From the IMG/VR virus record IMGVR_UViG_3300042691_006655: a DNA stretch of 64,000 nt; one strand, written 5' to 3'. This stretch comes from an uncultured virus (IMG/VR IMGVR_UViG_3300042691_006655) (taxonomy: Duplodnaviria; Heunggongvirae; Uroviricota; Caudoviricetes). Of this stretch, positions 40,001 to 49,069 are shown piece by piece. The notes below the pieces were generated by a model. It was not told the DNA's origin, searched no databases, and saw only the letters and a list, made by a program, of their open reading frames with translations. Numbering within the stretch: the stretch's first letter is position 1; every line of letters starts with the position of its first letter. The translations under genes were made by a program, and so were the position numbers.

Positions 40001-41003
40001 ATTTATTAACTTCATAGTTGCCAGATTCATCAAATGTGCGACGAGCTAAAGTTTTTTCTAATTCTGCATAAGATGCTTTAGATATAATCTGTTGTACTTT
40101 ACCATTAACAATTCGAAGAAGTTCTATTAAACGACCAGTATCTGTAGATTGTAAAGTTGTTTTTACTAACTCGACAGAAACTTTATATCTACTGGCTCCT
40201 GGAGCAGCATAGTTAAAAGAGTTTTGAGCATTATCTAATAATGTTTGATCATCTTCAGGAGTAACAATTTCTTCAATAACATTAAAACAAACACGAGCAG
40301 TCGGGAATCTATTAAAGCGACCGACATATAAATGCAACTCTGGATTCTGTATAAAAAATCCATCAAAATAATAGATACCAGCTTTAACATCAACCTGAAA
40401 AGCAAAACCTATTACATCAGAAGACGGATTATCTGTATATGTTGTAGGCGATTGGCCAGTATCTCCAAGATTACGAATTTCTGCATAGATGTCACCAGAT
40501 TGATCTATAGTTAACTTTGGATTATTTGCTACTGTGTTGTCTGCTTCTAAAGCAACAATATCTTCTCCTGGAATAAAACGATTGGTTATTCCATCTGCTG
40601 CGGTTCCTATAACTTTGCAGTAAAGAGTTGCAATATCTCTCGATTCTGTAACGCATCCACACTCAGATGTATCAATAACCTGAAACTTAACACCACTTGT
40701 TACACCAGTTATAATTTTGTTTCTAAAAGTGGTTAGATAACTTATAACATTCTGAGAGTTATATGTTGGTTCTAATTTTAAGAAATGTACTTGATTATCA
40801 TAGTTTACTGATCCTGGAATTACCTGAGAACCATTTTTAAAAATATGATCGCCAAATCTTGAAACTTGTGATTGCAGAATAGTCTGCATTTGAGTAAGTT
40901 CTCTGGCTTGGACTGCATACCCTGGTCGGAACAAAATTCTATAAAAATCTTTGTCCTTGTTAAAATCGTCGTAATACGGTTCAGTATTAAAATTTAGTGC
41001 CAT
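34008..41003 (-). CDS. Very large virion structural protein (DUF4815 / VrlC-like)
   Basis: PYYDDF...YRILFRPGYAVQARELTQMQ, LARRTFDESGNY, NRRYTMKDIG, RFKNGFIVDQF, DPLAQTF. Confidence 0.88.
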   Translation of the reverse strand: MALNFNTEPYYDDFNKDKDFYRILFRPGYAVQARELTQMQTILQSQVSRFGDHIFKNGSQVIPGSVNYDNQVHFLKLEPTYNSQNVISYLTTFRNKIITGVTSGVKFQVIDTSECGCVTESRDIATLYCKVIGTAADGITNRFIPGEDIVALEADNTVANNPKLTIDQSGDIYAEIRNLGDTGQSPTTYTDNPSSDVIGFAFQVDVKAGIYYFDGFFIQNPELHLYVGRFNRFPTARVCFNVIEEIVTPEDDQTLLDNAQNSFNYAAPGASRYKVSVELVKTTLQSTDTGRLIELLRIVNGKVQQIISKASYAELEKTLARRTFDESGNYEVNKFKMGVREHLDNGSNGGLYPEIPISGAVAGNTYGDSDKFILAIEPGKAYIQGYEVESINTQYVPLNKARENSITGDEGGHIFRLEDQPIGLPMGNYVLVNNVYKYPNLSNFEQVYLVQKLNSSAGAAPAPSDIIGTARIKFINLHSSDYSGGTSTQFKLGLFDININSGYSFEKDVKQIVGRATSDNFSCNIVPTLLNLDGSATTSTSSTTVTGVGTIFTQSVNVGDVVYVNNIQIGRVSSVGSNLALTLDANATTTITGGRISVFRAEIQEPQYDSLLFKTGLQFTKTLRGFDGTADTLKSSQVTIKRVFTGLSSNASGIYTAELTNVKEFFLSDSILGNYLLIDEVTKLPVNISESAITFDNDADRKIVNISGLTNSRAYRLIASVLQIQTAGAEKTKTLVQDYALDVITGKKTLTNSIIELRKADVLRIKNVYMTPGNYDTFNTANQIDITDRFTLDDGQRPSYYTNAKLVLKPGYQVPSGAIKVVYDYFQASGTGNYFSVDSYYPLEYDAIPNYYVTDENTGQKTEICLSCVLDFRPILAGENVFYPELPVRGVDANAPIAYYVGRKDKITIDSTGRFNVISGVPAKIPQDPEDPKDGLVLATVYVPPYTKILDHIKVYQRDNRRYTMKDIGNIDRRVSNLEYYVSLSLLEKNTETLQIKDSITGLDRFKNGFIVDQFTGHNIGDVIHPDYKIAVDSSAKIMRPMHFTTAVDIIEDLSSGAARSSAQYKKTNDLITLPYTETLFVYNQNASRAIDVNPYKIGAFRGQLTLFPEGDNWKDIDRRPDLNVVDDNNYDAIKFMAEQLGVTGTKWEEWKTNWTGSSSTSTNFETTSGFITQGFQQTITTETGTTSRNGVTTSLTSSVNAIDYGDRVVDVSFTPYMRSRPVTVIAENLKPDTIFYPFFDSTFVDSYVIPADIVRVTRNSGSAITSFEIANLQNNTLYDDPARMYNGKVEPAFSAGDILKNSTHTATNITAITNLTSAAASFQLTVASSSGILPGHHVCFYNLDFHVAKAADLFDDTVIPASVGITSTTSTSKELNLRKFKVTAVSGTTITLANIDGSNISAFSAYSTASYSGSNRGKLLRLQASGVVSFGGVVYAVDSSGYPTDTDINLVNIKNGFAVGEILLGTTNIGTSTNKNAVTITTYNNSTSATAAPPVNVLGSNIRTNAYGDAVAVFYIPNTPELAFRTGERTFKLVDNISNTDASFDSHGTTTYYSQGVTLTKESTIVSSRQATFVQDRLYESIPARRSSVSNRLLYTIDNTPSGDGGGGDGGGGGGDGGGGGGGGHDPLAQTFTVVSDGGAFVTSVDLFFKQAGKRPVIVELRTTNNGVPSTKIIPLSTSIKDSSELKISENGLVATRFDFQAPVFLQNGETYALVLKTDEPGCEAFVSELGQDDLITNNVISRQPLTGSLYLSQNSLEFEINPKLDLKFTLRKAVFTTNTFVSVPLKASLPETYVLPLNPFEITPNTNKVRVHAPNHGFTTGQTVLLSGLPTGYYGTAVSSTGIPSRLFNTSHVVLSDGLEKDSFIIELNTLDENSNSMLIGTNANFVKGEYGGSTIRCTRGLFADGIYLKTSDLTFQDTALSYALDIEDTSGLFTGPLQIVPNSNYYFNTRKHIKSYENQAVITVSPLLKKSSLTFAATMISTNPNVSPVIDLQKLTTYVISNMIDNKTQSNTNVSVIDDRSLLQYSNIVDGDVTATGTGSLTSSTASTAITGTSTLFLTQVAAGNILKRVSDGATIGTVSTVNSNTSITLTGNAAITIASPVSYNISSPATLSFTNSGDTGIISTNIDTADNLLSNAVIGKYITISNAHSNVNGTYVIKNVINQTDSSTFSGNSELDKINVIVSPAFPGSASIDMITDNDFSIVMKDKYVEDFAPIGSTNAANYITRPLSLANAAEALKIIFDACILAKTTVKVYYRIWGGDADLRYLRWIDTGWENSQFNQEDIFTERNIDLSNLTQFTNVSLKIVMRSTDPSQVPKIKNLRMIAHS

Positions 41004-41030
41004 TGGTTCTTCTCTTTGTTTGGTTCAAAT

Positions 41031-41038
41031 TATTTATG
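41031..41038 (-). promoter_or_regulatory. Late promoter CATAAATA
   Basis: TAAATA core 27 nt upstream of the 2331-aa gene. Confidence 0.7.
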
Positions 41039-43699
41039 TTAGAATTTTATAACTGTTCTTAATGTAACAGTTTCAGCCCCTGATGGTGTAAATCCACCCT
41101 TGTTATCAATAAACATCATCTGACCAGAATATTTATCCACTGTCGGTGTGCCTACAGTTGATACAGTAAAAGTTTGTAGATTAGCATTTTGAAAAGTATC
41201 ATTTGCTAATGGAATATCATTATCTAATGATTGTAATAAAATACTGCTAGATGTTGCAGTTACAACTCGATAGTTCTTAACAATAGTTTGAGATATATTT
41301 GCATTTCCAGAAGTAACATTAATTGTTCTATTTACATAAACTAAACTATCTTTAGGAAAATTATTTACGTTAATGCTTGCTGAAACTATAAAACATGCAG
41401 AGCCTACATTAGAATTAAAGAACGATGTGCTATTATATGCTCTAGGATTTTTTAATATACCAACCTGTCGATAATCATTATTTACTTCTAATCCTTGGTT
41501 TAAGTCTGTTGATATATTTCCATAAAACATTAAAGTTTTAGCAAACAACTCATCTGGTGCATTCTTACCGTGACCACCATATGGAGAAATAATAGCACGA
41601 GCAGTTGCAGCGTGACCAGAACCTGTTATAGTAACATTAGCATAACTATAATTTAGACCTCTATTAAGTATATTAATTTTAGAAATACTACCAGTTACAG
41701 AATCAATTTCTGCTTCTGCTCTTGCTCCAGTACCATCACCTTCAATTAAAACAGAAACTGTACCATAATTATATCCACCGCTAACTACTTTAATAGCATC
41801 GATAGTTCCAGAAACAGTTAACATTTCGTTATTTGCTTGTAAAGAATCAATGTTACCAATATTTAAGTTGGCAACTAATTCTGCTCCTACACCACCACCA
41901 TCTGTAATAACATTTAATTCTGCGAATGTGTAACCAACACCACCATCTTCTACTATTACACCACTTACTTGTCCGTTCTCAATAATTGGTATTAATTTTG
42001 CATCTGACAAAGAGGTATAAACAACAAATTCTGGTTCTGTTGTTCTAGAACCAGTAATAGTTATTTCTGGTGCTGTTGAATATCCAGCGCCATATTTTCT
42101 AACAGAAGTGCCAGTGGCAGTTTGTCCAGCATAAGCTAATGTTGCTGTTCCATTTGTTGCAGACGAAGAGCCATGAGTTGGCGCTACTAAACCAGTAGTT
42201 CCTGCTACTGTAACAGTGTATAATCTATTTGAAAAGAAAATTTGTTGATTTAAAGTTAATACAGTACTAGGTGTCCACTCTGTACCAATTATAACTGTTG
42301 GATCACTAGTATATCCAGCACCCTGATTTGTAACTGACACATATAATACTGTGCCATTAAACATCTTCGCTACAGCTTGAGCACCAGAACCACCTCCACC
42401 AGTAATTGTAACTGGTGGTGTAGAAGTATAACCAGTTCCACTAGTTATCATTGTGACATCTCTTAAAGAACCTATTAAGTTAATACCTGTTATCTGACCA
42501 GATGTTACTGTTAGCGTCGCTGTTGCTGTAGTGCCAAGATATTTTAGAACTGCAGTACCATTTCTAACAATTCCATTAACGTGTGTAGGCTCGTTTAATC
42601 CTAGCGTACCAGCTGTAATTACTTCATAGAAATCTTTAGTTGAATTGAAAATTTTCTGTCCTAAAAATACAGATGAACTTGCAATAAAAACAGAAGCATT
42701 TGTGATAGGATCAGAAAATGATATAGTTGGAGTAGTAAAACCAGATCCACCATTTATAGCACTTACTGTCTCAATATAAATTGGGTCTGCCTCTCGATAT
42801 CCGTCGCCATTTACTAAAATAGTTGCAGATGCATATCCAGCACCTTTATTAAAAATAGTAATAGTATCTAATGTGCCGTTATTATAAAACTGATTTGTTA
42901 GTGCTGAAGATACTGGAATTTGATCTCCAGTTAGAAATTTGTTTCTAAGACCAATAGGAACATTATACATGTATTTCCAAATATATCCGTCAGATAATAT
43001 AATTGGTTCAATCTGGGTGCCAACTGGTTTTACTGTTGATGGTGAATTGTTATTGTTATCTAAACATTTGTATACGTTAAATTCGTCTGTAAGAACATAA
43101 AATATTGCATCTTCTAATCTTTGTGCACCAGATGTGGCTTTATTTAAAACTGCTTTAATTATTGCTCCAGAGCCACTTCCTCCTGTTACAGTTACTGTAG
43201 GAGTAGATGTATAACCAGTGCCTCTAGAAACTAAATCTGTTCCGATTAATTGTCCAGATCCACTATCAATAACTGCAGTATAAACTGCACCAGATCCTCC
43301 ACCTCCAGTAATAGTAATTGTAGGTGGAGTAATATATCCACTTCCACCTTGTATCACATCTAATCCTATAATTTCAGTATTATACTCATCATCATACATA
43401 TCATAGATAGCATCTTCAACCCAGTTGTAATTTTTATTTTCTTTAGTTCTAGGAATAACAAATGCTACATCATTAGGTTTAATTTCTTTAACAGTAATAA
43501 TTTCATTTCTAACATTTCTTTCGTATGCATAAGAATCTGTTGGATATGGAGGAGTATCATCTGTATTCCATTTTAATGTTTTACCAAGAAAATAATAATA
43601 AGAAGAGTTTTTAGTGATAATATCACGATATACTCCCTCTGCTAAAGACTTATGCAGAATATCCTTAATTAAGGATGAATGCCCTGTTATGTGAGCCAT
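41039..43699 (-). CDS. 8: Baseplate wedge subunit, expanded by repeat modules
   Basis: FYVLTDEFNVYKCLDNNNN, DGYIWKYMY, IISPYGGHG, DYRQVGILKNP, DKYSG. Confidence 0.88.
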   Translation of the reverse strand: MAHITGHSSLIKDILHKSLAEGVYRDIITKNSSYYYFLGKTLKWNTDDTPPYPTDSYAYERNVRNEIITVKEIKPNDVAFVIPRTKENKNYNWVEDAIYDMYDDEYNTEIIGLDVIQGGSGYITPPTITITGGGGSGAVYTAVIDSGSGQLIGTDLVSRGTGYTSTPTVTVTGGSGSGAIIKAVLNKATSGAQRLEDAIFYVLTDEFNVYKCLDNNNNSPSTVKPVGTQIEPIILSDGYIWKYMYNVPIGLRNKFLTGDQIPVSSALTNQFYNNGTLDTITIFNKGAGYASATILVNGDGYREADPIYIETVSAINGGSGFTTPTISFSDPITNASVFIASSSVFLGQKIFNSTKDFYEVITAGTLGLNEPTHVNGIVRNGTAVLKYLGTTATATLTVTSGQITGINLIGSLRDVTMITSGTGYTSTPPVTITGGGGSGAQAVAKMFNGTVLYVSVTNQGAGYTSDPTVIIGTEWTPSTVLTLNQQIFFSNRLYTVTVAGTTGLVAPTHGSSSATNGTATLAYAGQTATGTSVRKYGAGYSTAPEITITGSRTTEPEFVVYTSLSDAKLIPIIENGQVSGVIVEDGGVGYTFAELNVITDGGGVGAELVANLNIGNIDSLQANNEMLTVSGTIDAIKVVSGGYNYGTVSVLIEGDGTGARAEAEIDSVTGSISKINILNRGLNYSYANVTITGSGHAATARAIISPYGGHGKNAPDELFAKTLMFYGNISTDLNQGLEVNNDYRQVGILKNPRAYNSTSFFNSNVGSACFIVSASINVNNFPKDSLVYVNRTINVTSGNANISQTIVKNYRVVTATSSSILLQSLDNDIPLANDTFQNANLQTFTVSTVGTPTVDKYSGQMMFIDNKGGFTPSGAETVTLRTVIKF

Positions 43700-43725
43700 T
43701 TAAATTAACCTAATAGAAATTATAA

Positions 43726-44190
43726 TTAACTTACTGTAATAACCCAAGTAATTGCGATTGTATCGCCTGCACCTTTGTTAACCACTGGAAACGTAGTTCT
43801 ACATAGCATTACACTGCCTGGAGAAGTAGCACCATTAAAGATACCAGCTTCAGTAATAGCACCATCACCAGTTCCTGCTGGGAAAGTAGCAGTATATGTA
43901 ATAGTATTATTTGCTACAGCAGAGCCTGAAAGAGTTACTCTACCAGTTTGCGTTTGCAATGCTGTATCAGTAATTGCAGCTGCAGTAGTACCAGTACCAA
44001 TAGCCATGTGTGTCATGGATGCTGGTGAGTTGGTAGTAGCTGTCATCTTAGAGGCAATATAATTTTTACCTGTTGTAACTACTAAATTTGGAACCTGAAA
44101 TTCTCTAATTACTTTTCCAAAAGAATTTGTTTGGATTACTTTAACTAATCCAGTAACTTTCATTTCGTCTTGAATCGCATGTTTATTCAT
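43726..44190 (-). CDS. Baseplate-associated structural protein
   Basis: NLVVTTGK, THMAIGTG, GAITEAGIFN, MLCRTTFPVVNK; between gp7 and gp8. Confidence 0.7.
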   Translation of the reverse strand: MNKHAIQDEMKVTGLVKVIQTNSFGKVIREFQVPNLVVTTGKNYIASKMTATTNSPASMTHMAIGTGTTAAAITDTALQTQTGRVTLSGSAVANNTITYTATFPAGTGDGAITEAGIFNGATSPGSVMLCRTTFPVVNKGAGDTIAITWVITVS

Positions 44191-44204
44191 AAAAATCTCC
44201 TTTA

Positions 44205-46073
44205 TTAACTGCTAAAAATAGCATCTCTGTTATTAACGTATATTTCTGAGAAATAGTTACCTTCCTCGTATGGATCTTTTACCACATATCCAAATTCAGG
44301 GGTATTGATAAAAAGAACGGGCATTTGGATATATTTAGTTCCGTTCATTTCAACTACTATAAATTCGTCTACTATATTATCGTCAGTAGGAAGAACCGTA
44401 TCTATATCATAGGTTAGCTGATTATCATTTATTAATTGTGTGTCTTCCTCTGACAACCCTATAGCAGTAACAAATTCTGTTTCTTGTATGTTAAGAAGCT
44501 CTTCTTTACCCATAGTTATAATTTTTTCTACGGGTTCAGAATCAGAGACAGTAACTGTTTCTGGATCTGCAAGTTTTCCTATAACACTTCTCACTATTGA
44601 TGTTTGTCCATCGACAAAATTATTAATAGTAGGTTCTAGTAAAGTTATAGCTGGACTAGAAAGTTCTTTATAAAAGAATAACCTAGTAAGATCTTCAATA
44701 ACTACTGGAACATCTTCGACACCAATACCAAGAGATTTTACTAATGATTCTAGAGCAATACTTAAATCAAAAGTATTTGAAATTTCAAATTCACCAAAAA
44801 GAGCTAAACCAGCTGGGTGAAGCATAGTTTTAACTGCGGTTTTATAAGAATCTAATCTCTCATTAATTCTAACTACATAAGAAAATATCTGATAATATTT
44901 ACTATCTTGAATGTAGATAGAATCAGATAAAAAACCATTATTGGTTTCGTAATATCCTGGATATTTGGCGATCGCTGCTAAGCTAATTTCTATTAGTGCT
45001 GGTTTAACATTTGCAGTAGTTACAGTTTGTGTTTCAAAGAAAAACTCTTTAAGAGTAGTCCCAGCATAAGCACCATCAACATAAGCAGGATCTATGTAGT
45101 CTACACTATTAATAAAACCAAGTTCTGATGTAGTAACTCCACGTTCTAAACCAACAACTAAATTTGTGCTTCCATTTAATGTGACGTAAATAGGTTTTAC
45201 TGTATCCTCTACAGTCACAACTGTTTTTGATGTTAATGAGTCTGATGGTAAAATTGAAGCTGTGAAATCTGCAAGATAACCCACACCAAATTTAATAATT
45301 TGTGCGTGGAGAATTCCACCTGTATCGTTTATTTTAGTGACTTTAATTAATGTGCCAGTTCCAGTACTACTTTTAACTTCAAAAACTTGTCCTACACGAA
45401 ACCCCTGCCCTTTATCATATATTCTTAAAAAAGATGTTGTGGGTAAAATTGTTGCTTTAAATGTAGTTCCATATTTAATAACATTACCTGGATTAACAAC
45501 ATCAAAAATATTTTCGGCTAAGAAAAATTCATATACTCCGTCACCCAATCTAACAATTCTATCAACTTCTCCAACAAGATCAAGTTTTTTATTAACTTGA
45601 ACTCTAATTATTCTATTACCTTCTTCAATAGTTACTACTTTACCAATAATCTCTTCTGGATCGCCATAATTTACTTTAGCAAATACAGAACTCTCTTGAT
45701 TCCATCTACCATCAGAGGCACGGAGCATTTGTTGACCTGGATATGTCAACTGCACATCTTTACCAAACATTAATCTGAATAATAATTTATAAGATAACTC
45801 ACTACCTTTAGTTAAATATTGGTCTTTTATTCTTTCTAATAAAAATCTTTCATTAGTAAGTGTACTAGGTAAATTGTAAGCTAATTCTTTTTTAAAATGA
45901 ATTATAAATTCATCTAAAGTTTCATCTAAATCTTTAATATCTTCTAAATTGACTTGTTCTGTTTGAAGATAAGCATAATACGCTTCTATAAATGAAACAA
46001 ATGCTGGATAATCTTCCCTGATAAATTCAGGAATTTGTCTACTAACAACAGATGCAATATTTACTTTAGACAT
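44205..46073 (-). CDS. 7: Baseplate wedge initiator
   Basis: QIPEFIREDYP.FVSFIEAYY, KGSELSYKLLFR, IQDSKYYQIFSYV, LHPAGLALFGE. Confidence 0.85.
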   Translation of the reverse strand: MSKVNIASVVSRQIPEFIREDYPAFVSFIEAYYAYLQTEQVNLEDIKDLDETLDEFIIHFKKELAYNLPSTLTNERFLLERIKDQYLTKGSELSYKLLFRLMFGKDVQLTYPGQQMLRASDGRWNQESSVFAKVNYGDPEEIIGKVVTIEEGNRIIRVQVNKKLDLVGEVDRIVRLGDGVYEFFLAENIFDVVNPGNVIKYGTTFKATILPTTSFLRIYDKGQGFRVGQVFEVKSSTGTGTLIKVTKINDTGGILHAQIIKFGVGYLADFTASILPSDSLTSKTVVTVEDTVKPIYVTLNGSTNLVVGLERGVTTSELGFINSVDYIDPAYVDGAYAGTTLKEFFFETQTVTTANVKPALIEISLAAIAKYPGYYETNNGFLSDSIYIQDSKYYQIFSYVVRINERLDSYKTAVKTMLHPAGLALFGEFEISNTFDLSIALESLVKSLGIGVEDVPVVIEDLTRLFFYKELSSPAITLLEPTINNFVDGQTSIVRSVIGKLADPETVTVSDSEPVEKIITMGKEELLNIQETEFVTAIGLSEEDTQLINDNQLTYDIDTVLPTDDNIVDEFIVVEMNGTKYIQMPVLFINTPEFGYVVKDPYEEGNYFSEIYVNNRDAIFSS

Positions 46074-47911
46074 TATGATCTAATAGAATTAAATTTATAG
46101 TTATATCCAGCGCCAAGATCACCACTAGAAGTATTGTCTGCTATAGATGTTACAGTTAATTCTGCAGGAGATATCTGAACGATTTGATTTAGCGCAGAAA
46201 CTACATCGTACGAATCTGGTTTTACCAAAAATTCAAAACGACCACCATCTAGACCAGTTAGAGTTAAATTGCGAACAACAATTATACCATTATTATAATC
46301 AATAGTACCAATAGTAGGATTTACTATAATTTTATCAAAATTTGTATTTAAGTAATACAAACGAACATTTCCTTCTCCGTCATCATCTAAGTAATGCACA
46401 AATAAACTATTTGGTATAAAGAATCCAGTACTAGAAAATACATCCCCTAATTTATTTCCTTCTCTAGAAATTGGATTAATAAGAACCAATTTATATTCAC
46501 TACTAATGTTGTAGATCGGATCAAACTCTCTCCTAATAGTTATTCGAGTTGTATTGTTTGTAATTGCTTCATCGGACTCGTCAATAATTTTACTTAATTT
46601 TGAAAAACGTAAAACGCTATCGAATCTTTGCAGTTCAGTATCATTATAGTTTAAAATTGCATCTTTTACAATAGTTTCTATCTGCGATGGTGTTTTATCT
46701 GTCTCTCTTGGGTTATAATAAACATACGTAGTTACAACTACGTTAAAATATTCAGGGTCTACAATTTCTGGAGTAATAGCAATAATATTACGAGAGGCTA
46801 ATATATTATTTTTTAAAATGTCTTTTTCAGTAGCAGTTAATTTAGTAGCATCTTTTGGTTTAATACAAATATATGTTTTTCCATAAACAGGTGGGCTATT
46901 ATCCTCGCCACCCCAAACACTAACAGATTCTGCTTGTGCGAAAAGATTATAAATTATAGCCTTATAGTCGTCTGGGGTTACTGCTCTATTCTGAGCAGAA
47001 TACATTCTTGGAGCATTAAATTTTATACTAGTAACATCTTCTGGTTCTGCACCACCAGTAGCTGCATTAATTGTTGTGACGCTTAAATTACTACCTAATA
47101 GAGTTATTCCATTGTAACTAAAATTAGTAGCGTTATTAGGAGCATCTAAACTTGAAACAAAGTAGTTTACTGTAATAACATTTCCATTTTGTAATTCTTC
47201 TCCAATAATACCATCACCAAATATAAGTTCATATAAACCATCATCTATTTCTTTTATAAAAAATATTCTAGAATTAGAATCTACACTAGTAATGTTATCT
47301 GATAATGTATATGTTGTAAATAAATCTGATGTAGCATTTTCTTGAACCCTTACAGTCAATGTTGATATATCTACATTAGGATTTGATATGATATATCTGC
47401 CTCCAGGTGCTACCGTATATTTAAATTGTAATGGAGAACCTTCAATAATTTCTAAATTAGAGAAAATATATCTACCATTAGTATCTTGTTTTGTGCTAAC
47501 ATCTTCTATGTTATAGAAAGTATATGTGATATTATCTACATTAGTAGAAAATGATTGTCCAGCAGGTAGAGTTACAACTTCTGGGAATGACGCTGGCGCT
47601 GCTATTGTAACATTTACAACTGCTCTAGAACACCTAGCTGATCTAGGAGTATATCCTAACATTTTAGAAATAGAAACTACAGAAGATCTCTTCGAAGCTG
47701 AATCAAGAAACATCTCATTAACAGCTAAGTTAGTGTAGATGCCATTATAATGAGTGTTATAAGCCAAAAGATCCATAAGGATCGACATAGCAGAACCTTC
47801 AAAATTATAATCTTGAAACTGTTCTTGATTTTGTAAAAAAGTTTTAAAATTAGCCTTAATCTGATCAAAGTCTAATTCTGCTACATTAATTCTTTTATTA
47901 TTAATTGCCAT
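46073..47911 (-). CDS. 6: Baseplate wedge subunit
   Basis: ELDFDQIK, DYNFEGS, LAYNTHY, FGDGIIG, QNRAVT, WGGEDN. Confidence 0.96.
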   Translation of the reverse strand: MAINNKRINVAELDFDQIKANFKTFLQNQEQFQDYNFEGSAMSILMDLLAYNTHYNGIYTNLAVNEMFLDSASKRSSVVSISKMLGYTPRSARCSRAVVNVTIAAPASFPEVVTLPAGQSFSTNVDNITYTFYNIEDVSTKQDTNGRYIFSNLEIIEGSPLQFKYTVAPGGRYIISNPNVDISTLTVRVQENATSDLFTTYTLSDNITSVDSNSRIFFIKEIDDGLYELIFGDGIIGEELQNGNVITVNYFVSSLDAPNNATNFSYNGITLLGSNLSVTTINAATGGAEPEDVTSIKFNAPRMYSAQNRAVTPDDYKAIIYNLFAQAESVSVWGGEDNSPPVYGKTYICIKPKDATKLTATEKDILKNNILASRNIIAITPEIVDPEYFNVVVTTYVYYNPRETDKTPSQIETIVKDAILNYNDTELQRFDSVLRFSKLSKIIDESDEAITNNTTRITIRREFDPIYNISSEYKLVLINPISREGNKLGDVFSSTGFFIPNSLFVHYLDDDGEGNVRLYYLNTNFDKIIVNPTIGTIDYNNGIIVVRNLTLTGLDGGRFEFLVKPDSYDVVSALNQIVQISPAELTVTSIADNTSSGDLGAGYNYKFNSIRS

Positions 47912-48303
47912 TATCGGGTTCTTTCTAGTACGAAATCTACAGAAATTGGGCTTTCTGTATTTACTATTTTAAATTCTAGTGTAATAGATACGCCATTTGT
48001 ATCCGTATAATCGTTTACACGAACATCAATAATTTCTACTCTTGGTTCAAAGTTATTAATAACATCAATAATAGCCCTCTGAAGCATGACAGTAAACATT
48101 GGACCAGGATTTTCAAATAAAAGCTGTCTTATTGGAGATCCAATTTCACTATGAAAAGGTCTTTCAAAGTTACGTGTTAATAATAAATTTTTTAGAGATT
48201 GTTTAATGGCAGACTCATCATATTTACGTGCGATATCTCCTGTTACTGGGTGCGCAGTAAAGTTTAGGTCCAAATCTGAAAAAACTCTTGTATTTCTTGC
48301 CAT
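47911..48303 (-). CDS. 25: Baseplate wedge / sheath initiator
   Basis: FSDLDLNF, AIKQSLKNL, ERPF, FEPRV. Confidence 0.94.
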   Translation of the reverse strand: MARNTRVFSDLDLNFTAHPVTGDIARKYDESAIKQSLKNLLLTRNFERPFHSEIGSPIRQLLFENPGPMFTVMLQRAIIDVINNFEPRVEIIDVRVNDYTDTNGVSITLEFKIVNTESPISVDFVLERTR

Positions 48304-48309
48304 AATTGT

Positions 48310-48317
48310 TATTTAGG
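48310..48317 (-). promoter_or_regulatory. Late promoter variant CCTAAATA for gp25
   Basis: TAAATA core 6 nt upstream of the gp25 ATG. Confidence 0.7.
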
Positions 48318-48620
48318 TTACTCTATAAAAGAATTTGGAGAGCCTTCACCACAAGCATCCCCGCAAGCAATATTATCACCAATTCTAGCTGCAGGATTAC
48401 CTTCTATAAAAGTTTTTGATGCCCCAGAAGAAGGATTGCGAGTTGATTGTGGATGAACCACAATCCCACAAACATGTGTAGCATGCTGGCAAGCCCCACT
48501 AACAACTCCTGCTTTTATTCCGTTAAAATAAGTTTTTGAAACAGGGGTTACAACTAAAGCAGTAGGTGGAAAGCATCCATGTCCTGTGCTCATATCTCCA
48601 AGTCTTATCACTGCAGGCAT
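48318..48620 (-). CDS. PAAR spike-tip protein (gp5.4-like)
   Basis: RLGDMSTGHGCFPP, PAARIGD, Cys/His metal ligands. Confidence 0.93.
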   Translation of the reverse strand: MPAVIRLGDMSTGHGCFPPTALVVTPVSKTYFNGIKAGVVSGACQHATHVCGIVVHPQSTRNPSSGASKTFIEGNPAARIGDNIACGDACGEGSPNSFIE

Positions 48621-49069
48621 TATGCTGTTAGTCCTACGTAATATTGAAGAGAATTCTTACCAGATGTCCAATCATTATTAACAGTTTTTGTATAAGTTGT
48701 ACTGGCAACTACATTATTACCATCCATCGCCTTAGCCGTATAGCTGTAAACTTTGGTTCTTTCTAAACTAGCCTTATAAGAAATCATTTGATCTAATTTT
48801 TCTTGAGATATCTGGTTAAACTTAGAAACTGTTATAAATTCGGATAGTTTAGTTCTATATTTAATTAAACTATTAAAAGAATCTACATAATATCCAGAAA
48901 TAGTATTTCCTGCAATATTTATGGTATCTGGATTGTTCTCTGTAGGAACTATAACTACAGGATATTCTACTGGGGGTTCAACAGTATCGTCAGTATATGT
49001 AATAGTATGACTAAAAGAAACTATTTCATTTAGTCCTCCTAAATCAAATTCTGAAGGTGTCCAAGCCAT
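48620..49069 (-). CDS. Hypothetical baseplate-region protein
   Basis: 149-aa ORF with TAATG coupling between gp5 and PAAR. Confidence 0.55.
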   Translation of the reverse strand: MAWTPSEFDLGGLNEIVSFSHTITYTDDTVEPPVEYPVVIVPTENNPDTINIAGNTISGYYVDSFNSLIKYRTKLSEFITVSKFNQISQEKLDQMISYKASLERTKVYSYTAKAMDGNNVVASTTYTKTVNNDWTSGKNSLQYYVGLTA

